From Gammaproteobacteria bacterium (GTDB lineage: Bacteria; Pseudomonadota; Gammaproteobacteria; Burkholderiales; SG8-41), in assembly GCA_041483135.1 (NCBI GenBank), contig JBGPFE010000017.1:5546-69545 (forward strand): a DNA stretch of 64,000 nucleotides, written 5' to 3'. The translations under genes were made by a program, and so were the position numbers. Within the stretch, counting starts at the first letter, position 1. Each line of letters begins with the position of its first letter. The notes under the pieces are model-generated. The model had not been told where the DNA came from, did no database searches, and saw only the letters and a program-made list of their open reading frames with translations. Of this stretch, positions 43,687 through 53,291 are shown piece by piece.

Positions 43687-45030
43687 ATGACCATCAGTGA
43701 ACAGCATCCGAGCGACGGTTCCGGCATCGCCGGCCACGGCGCATTTTTCCAGCCGACCAAGCTTTCGCCTGAAGATGCGGCCAAAGCAACGGCGTGGGTC
43801 GAGAAGCATGTCGACCGCCGCACGCTCGGCCTGGCGGATCGGATGGACGACGTGCGCGATCACATGTGGCAGCTCGAAAAAGAGGGCGAGATCATCGTGC
43901 ACCGCGTGTCGGAGGCGCACCGCCCGGTCGACGTAAAGACGCTGTTCGGCTGGAACAAGAAAATCCCGACCCTGCAGCTATGGCACCACAAGTCGTGCGG
44001 CCAGTGCGGCAATATCCCCGGCTATCCGACGGCGCTGCTGTGGACGATGAACAAGCTCGGCCATGTGCCGGGCAGGGATTATCTCGATGAAACCGACCAG
44101 ACCTCATGCACGGCGTGGAATTACCACGGCTCGGGAGTCGGCAATCTCGAATCGCTGTCCGCGGTGTTCCTGCGCAACTTTCATCAGGCCTACGTGTCGG
44201 GCAAGCAGCACGGCCATGAGCTCGGACATTTCTTCCCGTTGGTGCATTGCGGCACTTCGTACGGCAACTACAAGGAAGTGCGCAAGTACCTGATCGAGTC
44301 GCCGCAACTGCGCGAACGCGTCAAGAAAATCCTCGCCAAGATCGGGCGGCTGGTCGACGGCAAGATCGTGATCCCGGAGGAGATCGTGCACTACTCGGAA
44401 TGGGTGCACGTGATGAGGAACCGCATCGCTTCCGAGCTGCAGAAGATCGACGTTTCTCACATCCGCACCACGGTGCATACGGCGTGCCACTACTACAAGA
44501 TGGTGCACGAGGACGCGATCTACGACGACACCGTGCTCGACGGTAACCGCACCGCGGTCGGCACCTCGATCGCGCAGGCGCTCGGCGCGCAGGTGATCGA
44601 CTATTCGACATGGTACGACTGCTGCGGCTTCGGCTTCCGCCATATCATCTCCGAGCGCGAGTTCACGCGCTCGTTCACAATGGACCGCAAGATCAAGGTC
44701 GCGCGCCAGGAAGCCAACGCCGACGTGATGCTGGGCATAGACACCGGCTGCATCACGACCATGGACAAGAACCAGTGGATCGGCAAGGCGCACGGCCAGA
44801 ATTACTCGATGCCGATCATGGCCGACATTCAGTTCGCCGCGCTCGCATGCGGCGCCGACCCGTTCAAGATCGTGCAGTTGCAATGGCATGCCAGCCCGTG
44901 CGAAGAGGTGGTCGAGAAAATGGGCGTTTCGTGGTTGGCAGCGAAGAAGAATTTCGAGGCCTATCTTAAGGAAGTCGAAGCGGGGCGGATTGAATATCTC
45001 TATGATCCTGCGCTCGCGATCAGCAAGTGA
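43687..45030 (+). CDS. hdrB1: sHdrB1, heterodisulfide-reductase-like subunit B (CCG domains)
   Basis: ATG with a GAGGAG ribosome-binding site. Cys-rich CCG-type motifs (..YDCCGFGF.., HTACHYY). Confidence 0.85.
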   Translation: MTISEQHPSDGSGIAGHGAFFQPTKLSPEDAAKATAWVEKHVDRRTLGLADRMDDVRDHMWQLEKEGEIIVHRVSEAHRPVDVKTLFGWNKKIPTLQLWHHKSCGQCGNIPGYPTALLWTMNKLGHVPGRDYLDETDQTSCTAWNYHGSGVGNLESLSAVFLRNFHQAYVSGKQHGHELGHFFPLVHCGTSYGNYKEVRKYLIESPQLRERVKKILAKIGRLVDGKIVIPEEIVHYSEWVHVMRNRIASELQKIDVSHIRTTVHTACHYYKMVHEDAIYDDTVLDGNRTAVGTSIAQALGAQVIDYSTWYDCCGFGFRHIISEREFTRSFTMDRKIKVARQEANADVMLGIDTGCITTMDKNQWIGKAHGQNYSMPIMADIQFAALACGADPFKIVQLQWHASPCEEVVEKMGVSWLAAKKNFEAYLKEVEAGRIEYLYDPALAISK

Positions 45031-45050
45031 CGTTTAACAACAGGTAAAGA

Positions 45051-45123
45051 GTGAAAGGTGAACGCGTGAAGGGTAATACCGCGCGCGTGAATTTCCCCTT
45101 CACCCTTCTCCTCTCATCCTTCA
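45051..45123 (+). repeat. Intergenic cluster of GTGAA / TTCAC pentamers with an 8-bp hairpin
   Basis: GTGAA occurs four times (gaGTGAAagGTGAAcgcGTGAAggg..gcGTGAAttt). These are followed by ccCTTCACccttctcctctcatcCTTCAC. GTGAAGGG (45066-45073) can pair with CCCTTCAC (45096-45103). Confidence 0.5.
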
Positions 45124-45133
45124 CGGAATTCAA

Positions 45134-46183
45134 ATGAATGACACGATTTTGATTGTCGGCGCAGGGCCGACGGGTCTGTCGGCCGCGGCCGGCCTCGCGT
45201 CGGTCGGCAAGAAGGTGGTGCTCATCGAGAAGGAGAACGTGCTCGGCGGCGCGCCGATACTGTCCGGTTACGCCAAGCTCGTGCCGTCGGGCGAATGGGC
45301 GAAGGACGCAATCGGCCGCATGGTGAAGCGCGTCACCGATAACCCGCTCGTCACCTTGCACAAAGCCGCCAAGGTCGCGAAACTCGAAGGTGAATTCGGC
45401 AATTTTACAGTTACGCTCGGCAACGGCCAGACTATCAGCGCCGGCGCGGTCGTCCTCGGCACCGGCTTCACGCATTTCGATTCTATCAACAAGCCAGAAT
45501 GGGGATTCGGCACCTACGAAGACGTAGTGACGACGACCCAGGTCGAGCAGATGGTGACTGCAGGCAAGATCAGCTGTCCCTCGGACGGCCGTGTTCCGGA
45601 GCGCGTGTGCATCCTGCTGTGCGTCGGGTCGCGCGACCGCCAGATCGGCCGCGAATGGTGCTCCAAGATTTGTTGCACGGTGTCGTGCAACCTCGCAATG
45701 GAGATCAAGGAGTTGTCGCCCAAGACCGATGTCTACATTTACTACATGGACATCCGCACCTTCGGCCTCTACGAAGACAAGTACTACTGGCGCTCGCAGG
45801 AGGAGTTTCGCACCAAATACGTCAAGGCGCGCATCGCCGAAGTCACGCAAGGTCCCGACAAGCGGTTGCTGGTCAAGGGCGAGGACACGCTGGTGAAGCG
45901 CCCGATCGTGATCCCGTTCGACCTCGTAGTGCATGCGATCGGCATGGACCCCAACACCGACAATCCCGAAATTGCCAAGGTGTTCGGCGTCGGCCTGGAG
46001 AAGCATGGTTTTCTCGACCGCGGCGAACACTATACGAGCAGCTTCGCAAGCACGCGCCGCGGTATTTACGTCGGTGGCTCCGCGCTAGGGCCCGAAGACA
46101 TCGATACTTGCGTCTCGCATGGCCTGGCGATGGCGATGCGCGCGGTCGGAGATTTGAACGCTGCAGCGCAGAAGGCGGCCTGA
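45134..46183 (+). CDS. hdrA: sHdrA, FAD-dependent heterodisulfide-reductase-like subunit A
   Basis: Dinucleotide fold ILIVGAGPTGLSAA, Cys cluster CVGSRD...CSKICCTVSC. 349 aa, the short sHdrA type. Confidence 0.85.
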   Translation: MNDTILIVGAGPTGLSAAAGLASVGKKVVLIEKENVLGGAPILSGYAKLVPSGEWAKDAIGRMVKRVTDNPLVTLHKAAKVAKLEGEFGNFTVTLGNGQTISAGAVVLGTGFTHFDSINKPEWGFGTYEDVVTTTQVEQMVTAGKISCPSDGRVPERVCILLCVGSRDRQIGREWCSKICCTVSCNLAMEIKELSPKTDVYIYYMDIRTFGLYEDKYYWRSQEEFRTKYVKARIAEVTQGPDKRLLVKGEDTLVKRPIVIPFDLVVHAIGMDPNTDNPEIAKVFGVGLEKHGFLDRGEHYTSSFASTRRGIYVGGSALGPEDIDTCVSHGLAMAMRAVGDLNAAAQKAA

Positions 46184-46220
46184 GCCGCGACTGCCGCTGT
46201 AAAAATAGCGCAACCGCCCC

Positions 46221-47093
46221 ATGCTGTGGTTCCGGAAACAAGTCCACGTGCAGATGCTGCCAGCGGCAGCCGATGTGATCGTGCCGCTGCAACTGCCGAT
46301 TGCGCTCGACAGCCAGATTTTCAAGCACCATTTCGGCCGGCTTGTCGCGCAATCCGACCCCGATGGCGGCGTCGCGGTGCTGATCGAACGGCTGCGGACC
46401 AAGCAAAACGCGGTATCAGCCGCCTTCGAGCGCGCGCTTGATGCGACGGATTTAAACGAGATTGAGTCGCTGCTCGATCATGTATTCAGTGCGCGGCGCC
46501 GGCTTTATCCGGCGCTGGAGGCCGTGGGAGCGGCGAAAGTGCGGGCGGCGCTGGCGCAGCTTGCGCGCGCGGGGTTACCGGTCGCGGAACGGCTGCAGGC
46601 GCTCGTTGATGCAATACCCGGCGCCGCCGGCATGGACCGCGCCAGCATCAAGGCCGCGAACAAATTGCGGCGCGCCGCATGGGATTTTGCCGCCGAGCTT
46701 TTGCACTTCGGCGATCTCGATAAATTTCCGCTCATGACGCGCTGGGTATGGGACCAATCGACGCAAAGCGGCGCATTGCGCGAGTTCATCCGCGGTAACG
46801 ACACGCTGAAGGAAATACCGCTGGTTAATACTCCAGAAATGTTCGAAGGCGCGCGCGTCTGGCTCGCCGATCAACTGCGTACCGAGGGCATTTACCGCGA
46901 CCTGCCGCTGTGGATCGACCTCGTGCTCGCCCAAGCCTATACGAATTATCTGCGTGCGGTGGCCGAGGGCGGTCTAGGCGGCGATTTCGGCCGCGGCACC
47001 ACGCCGCAGGAGCAACTCGCCAAGCTGCTCGGCATCGACCGCGCACGGCGCAGCGGCCTGAGCCGCGTCAAGAAGCATGCGCTCCCTGCGTAA
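46221..47093 (+). CDS. Protein of unknown function at the 'Hyp' position of sHdr loci
   Basis: Sits between hdrA and hdrC2, where sHdr loci carry an uncharacterised gene. No motif recognised; start uncertain. Confidence 0.6.
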   Translation: MLWFRKQVHVQMLPAAADVIVPLQLPIALDSQIFKHHFGRLVAQSDPDGGVAVLIERLRTKQNAVSAAFERALDATDLNEIESLLDHVFSARRRLYPALEAVGAAKVRAALAQLARAGLPVAERLQALVDAIPGAAGMDRASIKAANKLRRAAWDFAAELLHFGDLDKFPLMTRWVWDQSTQSGALREFIRGNDTLKEIPLVNTPEMFEGARVWLADQLRTEGIYRDLPLWIDLVLAQAYTNYLRAVAEGGLGGDFGRGTTPQEQLAKLLGIDRARRSGLSRVKKHALPA

Positions 47094-47108
47094 CCACAAG
47101 GCCTGACG

Positions 47109-47879
47109 ATGGCGATACACGAGAAATCCCTGATCGCTCCCGAAGATCTGATGACCGCCGACAAGCTGGTGATGGACGGCGTCGACGTGTCGGGGCACTG
47201 GAACACGATGATCAAGCCGCGCTATGTCAGCGACTACGATCCGGATTTCTGCAAAGTGATACAAAGTTACGGCGGCGGCGAGAACGTGCACCGCTGCTGG
47301 CAATGCGGCTCGTGCACCAACTCGTGCACGGTGTACGCGATCAACACCGATTTCAATCCGCGCTACTGGATTTACCTGGTCAATCTCGGCCTCCAGGCCG
47401 AGCTGCTCAAAGACAAGGACATCATCTGGCAATGCGTGTCGTGCAACAAATGCACCAATATCTGCCCGAAGGACGTGCGTCCCGAAGGCGTGATGAAAGC
47501 GCTGCAGCACTGGCTCGAGGACGAGGGGCACGTGCCCAAATCAAGCTCGACCAAGTTCGATGAGGAGTTCACGCGCCAGTGCTTCGAGCGCGGCCGCATC
47601 GAGGATACCGAAGTCATCATGAATTTCTTCAAACAGACGGGAGAGGACATCGTCGAACTCGTCAAGAAAGGCTGGCTGGGCATCATGATCGTGCGCATGA
47701 ACAACCTGCCTTTGCTGCGTGCTGGCCGTATCGGCGCCTTCCTTGCGCGGCTGCCGATTCTGGGGCCGCTCAAAATGGGCTGGGCAATGCTCGTCAAGCC
47801 GCGCACCAAATCGTGGGGGCGCACCGGCGAAGTGCTGCGCCAGTACGTCGAAGAGCAGAAGAGGTTGCATCATGGCTAA
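47109..47879 (+). CDS. hdrC2: sHdrC2
   Basis: CWQCGSCTNSC and CVSCNKCTNICP ferredoxin-type clusters. Confidence 0.85.
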   Translation: MAIHEKSLIAPEDLMTADKLVMDGVDVSGHWNTMIKPRYVSDYDPDFCKVIQSYGGGENVHRCWQCGSCTNSCTVYAINTDFNPRYWIYLVNLGLQAELLKDKDIIWQCVSCNKCTNICPKDVRPEGVMKALQHWLEDEGHVPKSSSTKFDEEFTRQCFERGRIEDTEVIMNFFKQTGEDIVELVKKGWLGIMIVRMNNLPLLRAGRIGAFLARLPILGPLKMGWAMLVKPRTKSWGRTGEVLRQYVEEQKRLHHG

Positions 47880-48783
47880 GGTCGCTTATTACCCGGGCTG
47901 CGCGCTCGAAGGCTCGGGCGGGCCGTACGACCGCTCGACGCGCGCGCTGGTCGACGCGCTCGACCTGGAAATGGTCAATCTGCAGGACTGGAACTGCTGC
48001 GGCGCGATGGAGGTGAAAAACATACACCCGATGCTGCAAACGTACATGTCGGCGCGCAACATGGCGATCGCATCCGAGAAAATGGGTTTCGACACCGTGA
48101 TGGCCCCATGCAACGGCTGCTACCACAATCTCAAGAAGGCCGAATACGAATGCGCGACCTCGGCCGAGACCATGCAAACGGTGCAGGAACTGGCGACGAA
48201 AGCCGGCGACCCGGTTTACAAAGGCGACGTGCGCACCATCCATCTGCTCGAATGGCTGATGGAAGATATCGGCGCCGACGGCATCAAGCAGCGCCTCAAC
48301 AAAAGCCTGAACGGAATCAAAATCGCCAACTACTACGGCTGCATGTACACGCGGCCGCGCCAGATTTTCCCGGAAAAAGACCAGGGTCCGGGCTCGGAGT
48401 CCTCGCACAAGCCGCATTTCATGGACGATCTGCTCGCCGCGGCGGGCGCGGTCAACGTCGATTTTCCATTGAAAACCGCATGCTGCGGCGGTGCTCACAC
48501 GCTGTCCGATTCGGACACCTCGACGCAGCTGGTGTTGAACCTGCTGCAGGCGGCGGAGGAAGCGGGCGCCGAAGTGGTCGCGACCGAATGCCCGACCTGC
48601 CACTCCGGGCTCGAGATGCACCAGATACGCGCCGAAACCCGCTTCGGCATCAAGACCGGAGTGAAGATACTTTATTTCACGCAATTGCTGGGGCTCGCGC
48701 TTGGACTGTCGGCGCGCAAGCTCGCTATCCACGAGAACATCAGCGACTCACTCGATTTTTTGCACGAAAAGGGCGTCATCTGA
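47872..48783 (+). CDS. hdrB2: sHdrB2 (CCG domains)
   Basis: Trimmed to MAKVAYYPGCALEGS, with an 8-bp overlap with hdrC2. NCCGA, TACCGGAH, CPTCH. Confidence 0.85.
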   Translation: MAKVAYYPGCALEGSGGPYDRSTRALVDALDLEMVNLQDWNCCGAMEVKNIHPMLQTYMSARNMAIASEKMGFDTVMAPCNGCYHNLKKAEYECATSAETMQTVQELATKAGDPVYKGDVRTIHLLEWLMEDIGADGIKQRLNKSLNGIKIANYYGCMYTRPRQIFPEKDQGPGSESSHKPHFMDDLLAAAGAVNVDFPLKTACCGGAHTLSDSDTSTQLVLNLLQAAEEAGAEVVATECPTCHSGLEMHQIRAETRFGIKTGVKILYFTQLLGLALGLSARKLAIHENISDSLDFLHEKGVI

Positions 48784-48861
48784 GAGCGGGAGGCGAAAGC
48801 TTGACATCGGCTATACTCATATTCAGCAATGCGCTGGTCTTCTGATTGGGAGTGACGCGAG

Positions 48862-49308
48862 ATGGCAACAGTGAAAGGCTGCAATTTTCCGGATGATCTG
48901 TATTACAACGTCGAGAACAATGTATGGGCGCGGCGCGAGGGCGACGGCAGCGTCGTGATCGGCATGACCGCTTACGCCGCGGCGCTCGCCGGGCAGATCG
49001 TGTCGTGCACGCCGAAGAAAGTCGGCAGGGGCATCGAGCTCAACAAGTCGGCGGTCACGGTCGAATCGGGCAAGTGGGTGGGGCCGGTCAAGAGCCCGGT
49101 CGCCGGCGAAGTGGTCGCTGTCAACGACGCGCTTGCGGCCACACCCGCGACCATCAACGCCGATCCCTACGGCTCGGGGTGGATGGTGAAGCTCAAGCCC
49201 AGCAATTGGGACGCCGACTCGGCCGCGCTCGTCACCGGCGCCGCGGCGGGCGGCGCGTTTGAAGCGAAAATGAATGCCGAAGGCTTTGGCGGCTGCCAGC
49301 CCGCCTAG
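48862..49308 (+). CDS. lbpA: Lipoate-binding protein LbpA (GcvH-like)
   Basis: GcvH-like fold motifs GMTAYAA, lipoyl-lysine context VESGKWVGPVKSPVAGEVVAVN, GWMVKL. Confidence 0.85.
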   Translation: MATVKGCNFPDDLYYNVENNVWARREGDGSVVIGMTAYAAALAGQIVSCTPKKVGRGIELNKSAVTVESGKWVGPVKSPVAGEVVAVNDALAATPATINADPYGSGWMVKLKPSNWDADSAALVTGAAAGGAFEAKMNAEGFGGCQPA

Positions 49309-49344
49309 CCGGCGCGGGGGTTATCCACGTCGGGAACAAGCCTG

Positions 49345-49875
49345 ATGAACGCGCTGATCAAGTCTTTTACGCTGGCGATCGCCCTCTCGCTCACGGCCGG
49401 TTTTACGCAGGCGAAAGCGCCGGATGGCTGGCCGTTCATCGATTACAACGAGGCGGTGCGAGTCGCGAAACAGACCGGCAAACCGCTGTTCGTCTATTTC
49501 GGCTTCCCGACCTGCCCGTATTGCGAATACGCGAACAAGCACACGTTTTCTTCCGACGCGCTGCGCAAGCTCTATGCCGACCATTACGTGCTCGGGTATT
49601 TTGATATTCGCGGCAATCCTGGCGATGTGATTACGCTGCCGGGCGGCGAGAAGCTGACGCGGGCGGAGGCCGTCAAACTGCTGAGGGCGGCCCCGGTCCC
49701 GGCGTGGATGTTCGTAGGCCCGGACGGCAGGCAATTATTGATGCGTCGCGGCTCGCGCACCCCGGTCGAAGCTTTCATGCAGTTCGACCTCTACGTTGCG
49801 AGCGGCGCATACAAGCGCGGATCGTTCGAGGAATTTCTCCTGCAGCGCGGCTTAAGCGAGGCCAAGGCGGAATAA
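49345..49875 (+). CDS. Secreted thioredoxin-fold protein (CxxC)
   Basis: Signal peptide MNALIKSFTLAIALSLTAGFTQA|KA. VYFGFPTCPYCEY is a thioredoxin-like CPYC motif. Confidence 0.7.
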   Translation: MNALIKSFTLAIALSLTAGFTQAKAPDGWPFIDYNEAVRVAKQTGKPLFVYFGFPTCPYCEYANKHTFSSDALRKLYADHYVLGYFDIRGNPGDVITLPGGEKLTRAEAVKLLRAAPVPAWMFVGPDGRQLLMRRGSRTPVEAFMQFDLYVASGAYKRGSFEEFLLQRGLSEAKAE

Positions 49876-49896
49876 CCGTCGGTCGCCCTGACGCCC

Positions 49897-51042
49897 ATGC
49901 CCATGACCGACTGGACCGGAATCGCGCGACAGATTGAGCCGCTCGACGGCGTCGAGCTCGACGCCGAGCTTGCCGCCGTGATGCAGCGCCGCCATGCCGC
50001 ATTGCGCGGCAGGCTCGCGGACCGCATCAATTTCTACACGCCTACTTTCAAGGCCTACGCCACGTCCGAGCTTGCGGGCTGCGGCAAGAACGCATGGCCC
50101 GCGGTGTCGATCACCGGCGGCGATTGCGAATTGCAGTGCGACCATTGCAAGGCGAAGATCCTCGAGCCGATGATCCCGGCGCGCACGCCTGATGAATTGT
50201 GGCGTGTCGCAAACCGTGAAATCGAGCGTGGGGCGCGCGGCATGCTGCTCTCGGGCGGCTCCAACCAGCGCGATGAAGTCGAATATGACCCGTTTTACCC
50301 GACCATCCGTCGCGTCAAGCACACATTTCCGGCGTTCAAGATCGCGCTGCACACCGCGCTGGTCAACCGCGATATTGCGCTGCGCATGGAAGACGCCGGC
50401 ATCGACGCTGCGATGATGGACGTGATCGGCGCGCAGGACACGATCTCGCAGGTCTATCATCTGCGCCGAAGTGTCGGCGATTTCGAGCGCTCGCTCGAAT
50501 GCCTCGTCGCGACTTCGCTCAAAGTCGTGCCACACATCGTGATCGGGCTGCATTACGGCAGGCTGCTCGGCGAATGGCGCGCGCTCGAGATCGTCGCGCG
50601 TCACCGGCCCGCGGCACTGGTGCTGGTAGTAGTGATGCCGATTTATGCGACAGCGCAGCGGCCGTTTGCAACGCCCGACCCGCGGCAAGTCGGACGGTTT
50701 TTTCTCGATGCGCGCGCCGCCTTGCCTGACACGCCTTTATTGCTCGGTTGCGCGCGTCCGGCCGGCACGGCCAAGGCGCAGATCGATGCTTATGCGGTGA
50801 TGGCGGGGCTGAACGGCATTGCGCACCCCGCCGACGGCATGGTCGAACTCGCGGCACGGCTCGGGCGCGAAGTGCGCGTGACCCCGGCGTGCTGCTCGAT
50901 TGCGCTCGGCGAAGAAGTGCTGGCGCTCGATGGCGCGGACACCGGCATTGCTGTCGACGTACTACGGGTCATCGAAAGCGAACGCGGCAAGCGCCGGCCG
51001 CAGGCGCGGCGCGTGCGCATCCCGGTGGTGGCGCGCGCCTAG
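49897..51042 (+). CDS. Radical-SAM protein, LipS1/LipS2-type lipoyl synthase component
   Basis: CELQCDHC is a CX3CX2C motif. Located in the lbpA/lplA cluster. Which LipS type it is cannot be decided by eye. Confidence 0.75.
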   Translation: MPMTDWTGIARQIEPLDGVELDAELAAVMQRRHAALRGRLADRINFYTPTFKAYATSELAGCGKNAWPAVSITGGDCELQCDHCKAKILEPMIPARTPDELWRVANREIERGARGMLLSGGSNQRDEVEYDPFYPTIRRVKHTFPAFKIALHTALVNRDIALRMEDAGIDAAMMDVIGAQDTISQVYHLRRSVGDFERSLECLVATSLKVVPHIVIGLHYGRLLGEWRALEIVARHRPAALVLVVVMPIYATAQRPFATPDPRQVGRFFLDARAALPDTPLLLGCARPAGTAKAQIDAYAVMAGLNGIAHPADGMVELAARLGREVRVTPACCSIALGEEVLALDGADTGIAVDVLRVIESERGKRRPQARRVRIPVVARA

Positions 51043-51077
51043 CGCCGGCAGGCATCCGGGACGGACGAAGGCGATCC

Positions 51078-52154
51078 ATGAGAGAAATGTGGCGAGTGAT
51101 CGATACCGGGCTGCGCCCCGCGGCGCAGAACATCGCATTGAACCGCGCGTTGCTCGAAGCACGGCAAGCGGAGGAAATTCCGAGCACGCTGCGCTTCCTG
51201 CGCTTTGCGCCGAGCGCGCTGCTCGGCTATCACCAGAGCGCCGAGCAGGAGCTCAACCTCGACTATTGCAAGGCGCACGCCATCGCGATCCAGCGCCGCA
51301 TCACCGGCGGCGGCGCGATTTACTTCGACGAGACGCAGCTCGGCTGGGAGTTGTATCTCCACAAGCGCGACGTCGGTACTTCCGACATGCAGGCGATCGC
51401 CAGGCGCATCTGCCATGCGGCGGCCACCGCGATCAGCGCGCTCGGCGTGGACGCGCGTTTCCGGCCGCGCAACGACATCGAGGTCGACGGCAGGAAAATC
51501 TCCGGCACCGGCGGCGCGTTCGACGGCGACGCGCTGCTCTATCAGGGCACGCTGCTGATTGATTTCGACGTCGAAAAAATGTTGCGCGTGTTGCGCATCC
51601 CGGCCGAGAAGCTAGCGGACAAAGCGATCGCGTCGGCGCGCGAGCGCGTCGCCAATCTCAAGGACCTGCTCGGGGGGCGCCCGGATCCCGCGCTCATCAA
51701 GCGCAACCTCGGCGAGGCGTTCGAGAGCGAGTTCGGCGTCGAATTCCACGACGGCGATCTCTCGCTGACCGAGCATGCGCGCTATCAGACTGCGCTCGCC
51801 GAGATCGATACGCCAGACTGGGTCAATCTGGTGCGACGGCCGGCATCCGACATGCCGATTTACGAGGCGGTGCAGAAATTCGCCGGCGGCATGCTGCGCG
51901 CGAGCCTGACTTACGACCGTCTCGCGCACCGCGTCAAGCAGGTGTGGTTTATGGGCGACATTTTCGTCAGCCCGCGCCGCACCATCGCCGATCTCGAGGC
52001 GGCGCTGCGCGACACCTCGGTCGAGCGGCTCGAGCACAACGTGCGCGCGTTCTTTGCCGGGCGCCCGGTGGATATGCTGGCGCTGACGCCGGACGATTTC
52101 ATTGCGGTGATGCGGCTCGCCGCCAAGCAGCCGATCGTCGCCTCGAGTTCATGA
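51078..52154 (+). CDS. Lipoate-protein ligase, sLpl(AB)/LplA type
   Basis: Trimmed to MREMWRVIDTGLRPAAQNIALNRALLEA. LRFLRF, RRITGGGAIYFD, GRKISGTGGAF are LplA/BPL_LplA_LipB motifs. Confidence 0.85.
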   Translation: MREMWRVIDTGLRPAAQNIALNRALLEARQAEEIPSTLRFLRFAPSALLGYHQSAEQELNLDYCKAHAIAIQRRITGGGAIYFDETQLGWELYLHKRDVGTSDMQAIARRICHAAATAISALGVDARFRPRNDIEVDGRKISGTGGAFDGDALLYQGTLLIDFDVEKMLRVLRIPAEKLADKAIASARERVANLKDLLGGRPDPALIKRNLGEAFESEFGVEFHDGDLSLTEHARYQTALAEIDTPDWVNLVRRPASDMPIYEAVQKFAGGMLRASLTYDRLAHRVKQVWFMGDIFVSPRRTIADLEAALRDTSVERLEHNVRAFFAGRPVDMLALTPDDFIAVMRLAAKQPIVASSS

Positions 52155-53227
52155 CCATGCCTGGCGTCGATGTACTGGTGATTGGCCTGGGGCCGGCGGG
52201 GTCAGTGGCGGCCAAGGCGGCCGCAGCGCGCGGCCTCCGGGTGCTCGCCGTTGACCGCAAGAAAATCATCGGCGAGCCGGTGCAATGCGCTGAATTCATC
52301 CCGCTGCCGCTCGCGCGTCATGCCCAGGACGCCGGCGTATTGCAGCAGCGCATTGCCGGCATGACCAGCGTATTGCCTTCGGGTGCGGTCACGGCGTCGC
52401 CGTTTCCGGGGTTGATGGTCAATCGCGCGCAATTCGACCGCTCGCTCGCGTATGAGGCGCAGCGCGCCGGCGCCGAGGTGATGCTTGCCAGCGTCTTGCG
52501 CGGCGTCGATGCGGCGGTGAACGTTGCGCGCGTTGCGACGCCGGCAGGGGAAACCGATATTCACTATCGGGTGCTGATCGCCGCCGACGGGCCGCACTCC
52601 GGTGTCGCACGCGAACTCGGCCTGGCGCCGCTCGCGACCATCAACACCCGGCAGTACGCGGTGACGCTCACGCAGCGGTACCACGACACCGATATCTGGT
52701 TGTCGGATGAGTATCCAGGCGGCTACGCGTGGTTGTTCCCGAAAGGCGCGCACGCCAACCTCGGGCTCGGCATCGACCCGCGCATCGACCGCGACCTGAA
52801 AACGCCGCTCGATGCGTTGCATCAGCAGCTGGTTGCCGTGGGGCGCGTCGACGGTGAAATCCTGTCTCGCACCGGCGGTGCGATCCCGGTCGGTGGCATG
52901 CGCGAGCGGTTGACAGCCGGCCACGTGATGTTCGTCGGCGATGCAGCAGGCCTCACGCATCCGATCACCGGCGCCGGGATTGCCGCCGCGGTGATTTCGG
53001 GCGAGCGCGCCGGGCAGGCGGCGGCGAGCAGCCTGTGCGACGGCAATGTCGCCGCATTGCGCGAATTCGAAGACGACATGCGCGATCAGTTCGAAGCGCC
53101 GCTTGCGCGAGCCGTCGCGCGCAGGCGCGAGCTCAATCGCATCTGGCATACGCCGGCCGCGCGCGCAGATGCGCCGCACCGGCGCGGCTGGATCGCGTTC
53201 CCCGATTACTTTAAGGAGGCGGCATGA
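52151..53227 (+). CDS. Geranylgeranyl-reductase-family FAD oxidoreductase (LipT-like)
   Basis: ATGA overlap with the ligase stop. DVLVIGLGPAGSVAA, FVGDAAGLTHPITGAGI. Confidence 0.8.
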   Translation: MTMPGVDVLVIGLGPAGSVAAKAAAARGLRVLAVDRKKIIGEPVQCAEFIPLPLARHAQDAGVLQQRIAGMTSVLPSGAVTASPFPGLMVNRAQFDRSLAYEAQRAGAEVMLASVLRGVDAAVNVARVATPAGETDIHYRVLIAADGPHSGVARELGLAPLATINTRQYAVTLTQRYHDTDIWLSDEYPGGYAWLFPKGAHANLGLGIDPRIDRDLKTPLDALHQQLVAVGRVDGEILSRTGGAIPVGGMRERLTAGHVMFVGDAAGLTHPITGAGIAAAVISGERAGQAAASSLCDGNVAALREFEDDMRDQFEAPLARAVARRRELNRIWHTPAARADAPHRRGWIAFPDYFKEAA

Positions 53228-53291
53228 GGCGACCCGTGATCCTCGAGCGGACAAGACATGTCGCCCATCCCGCGAGGTCGGAGGTGCCGAC

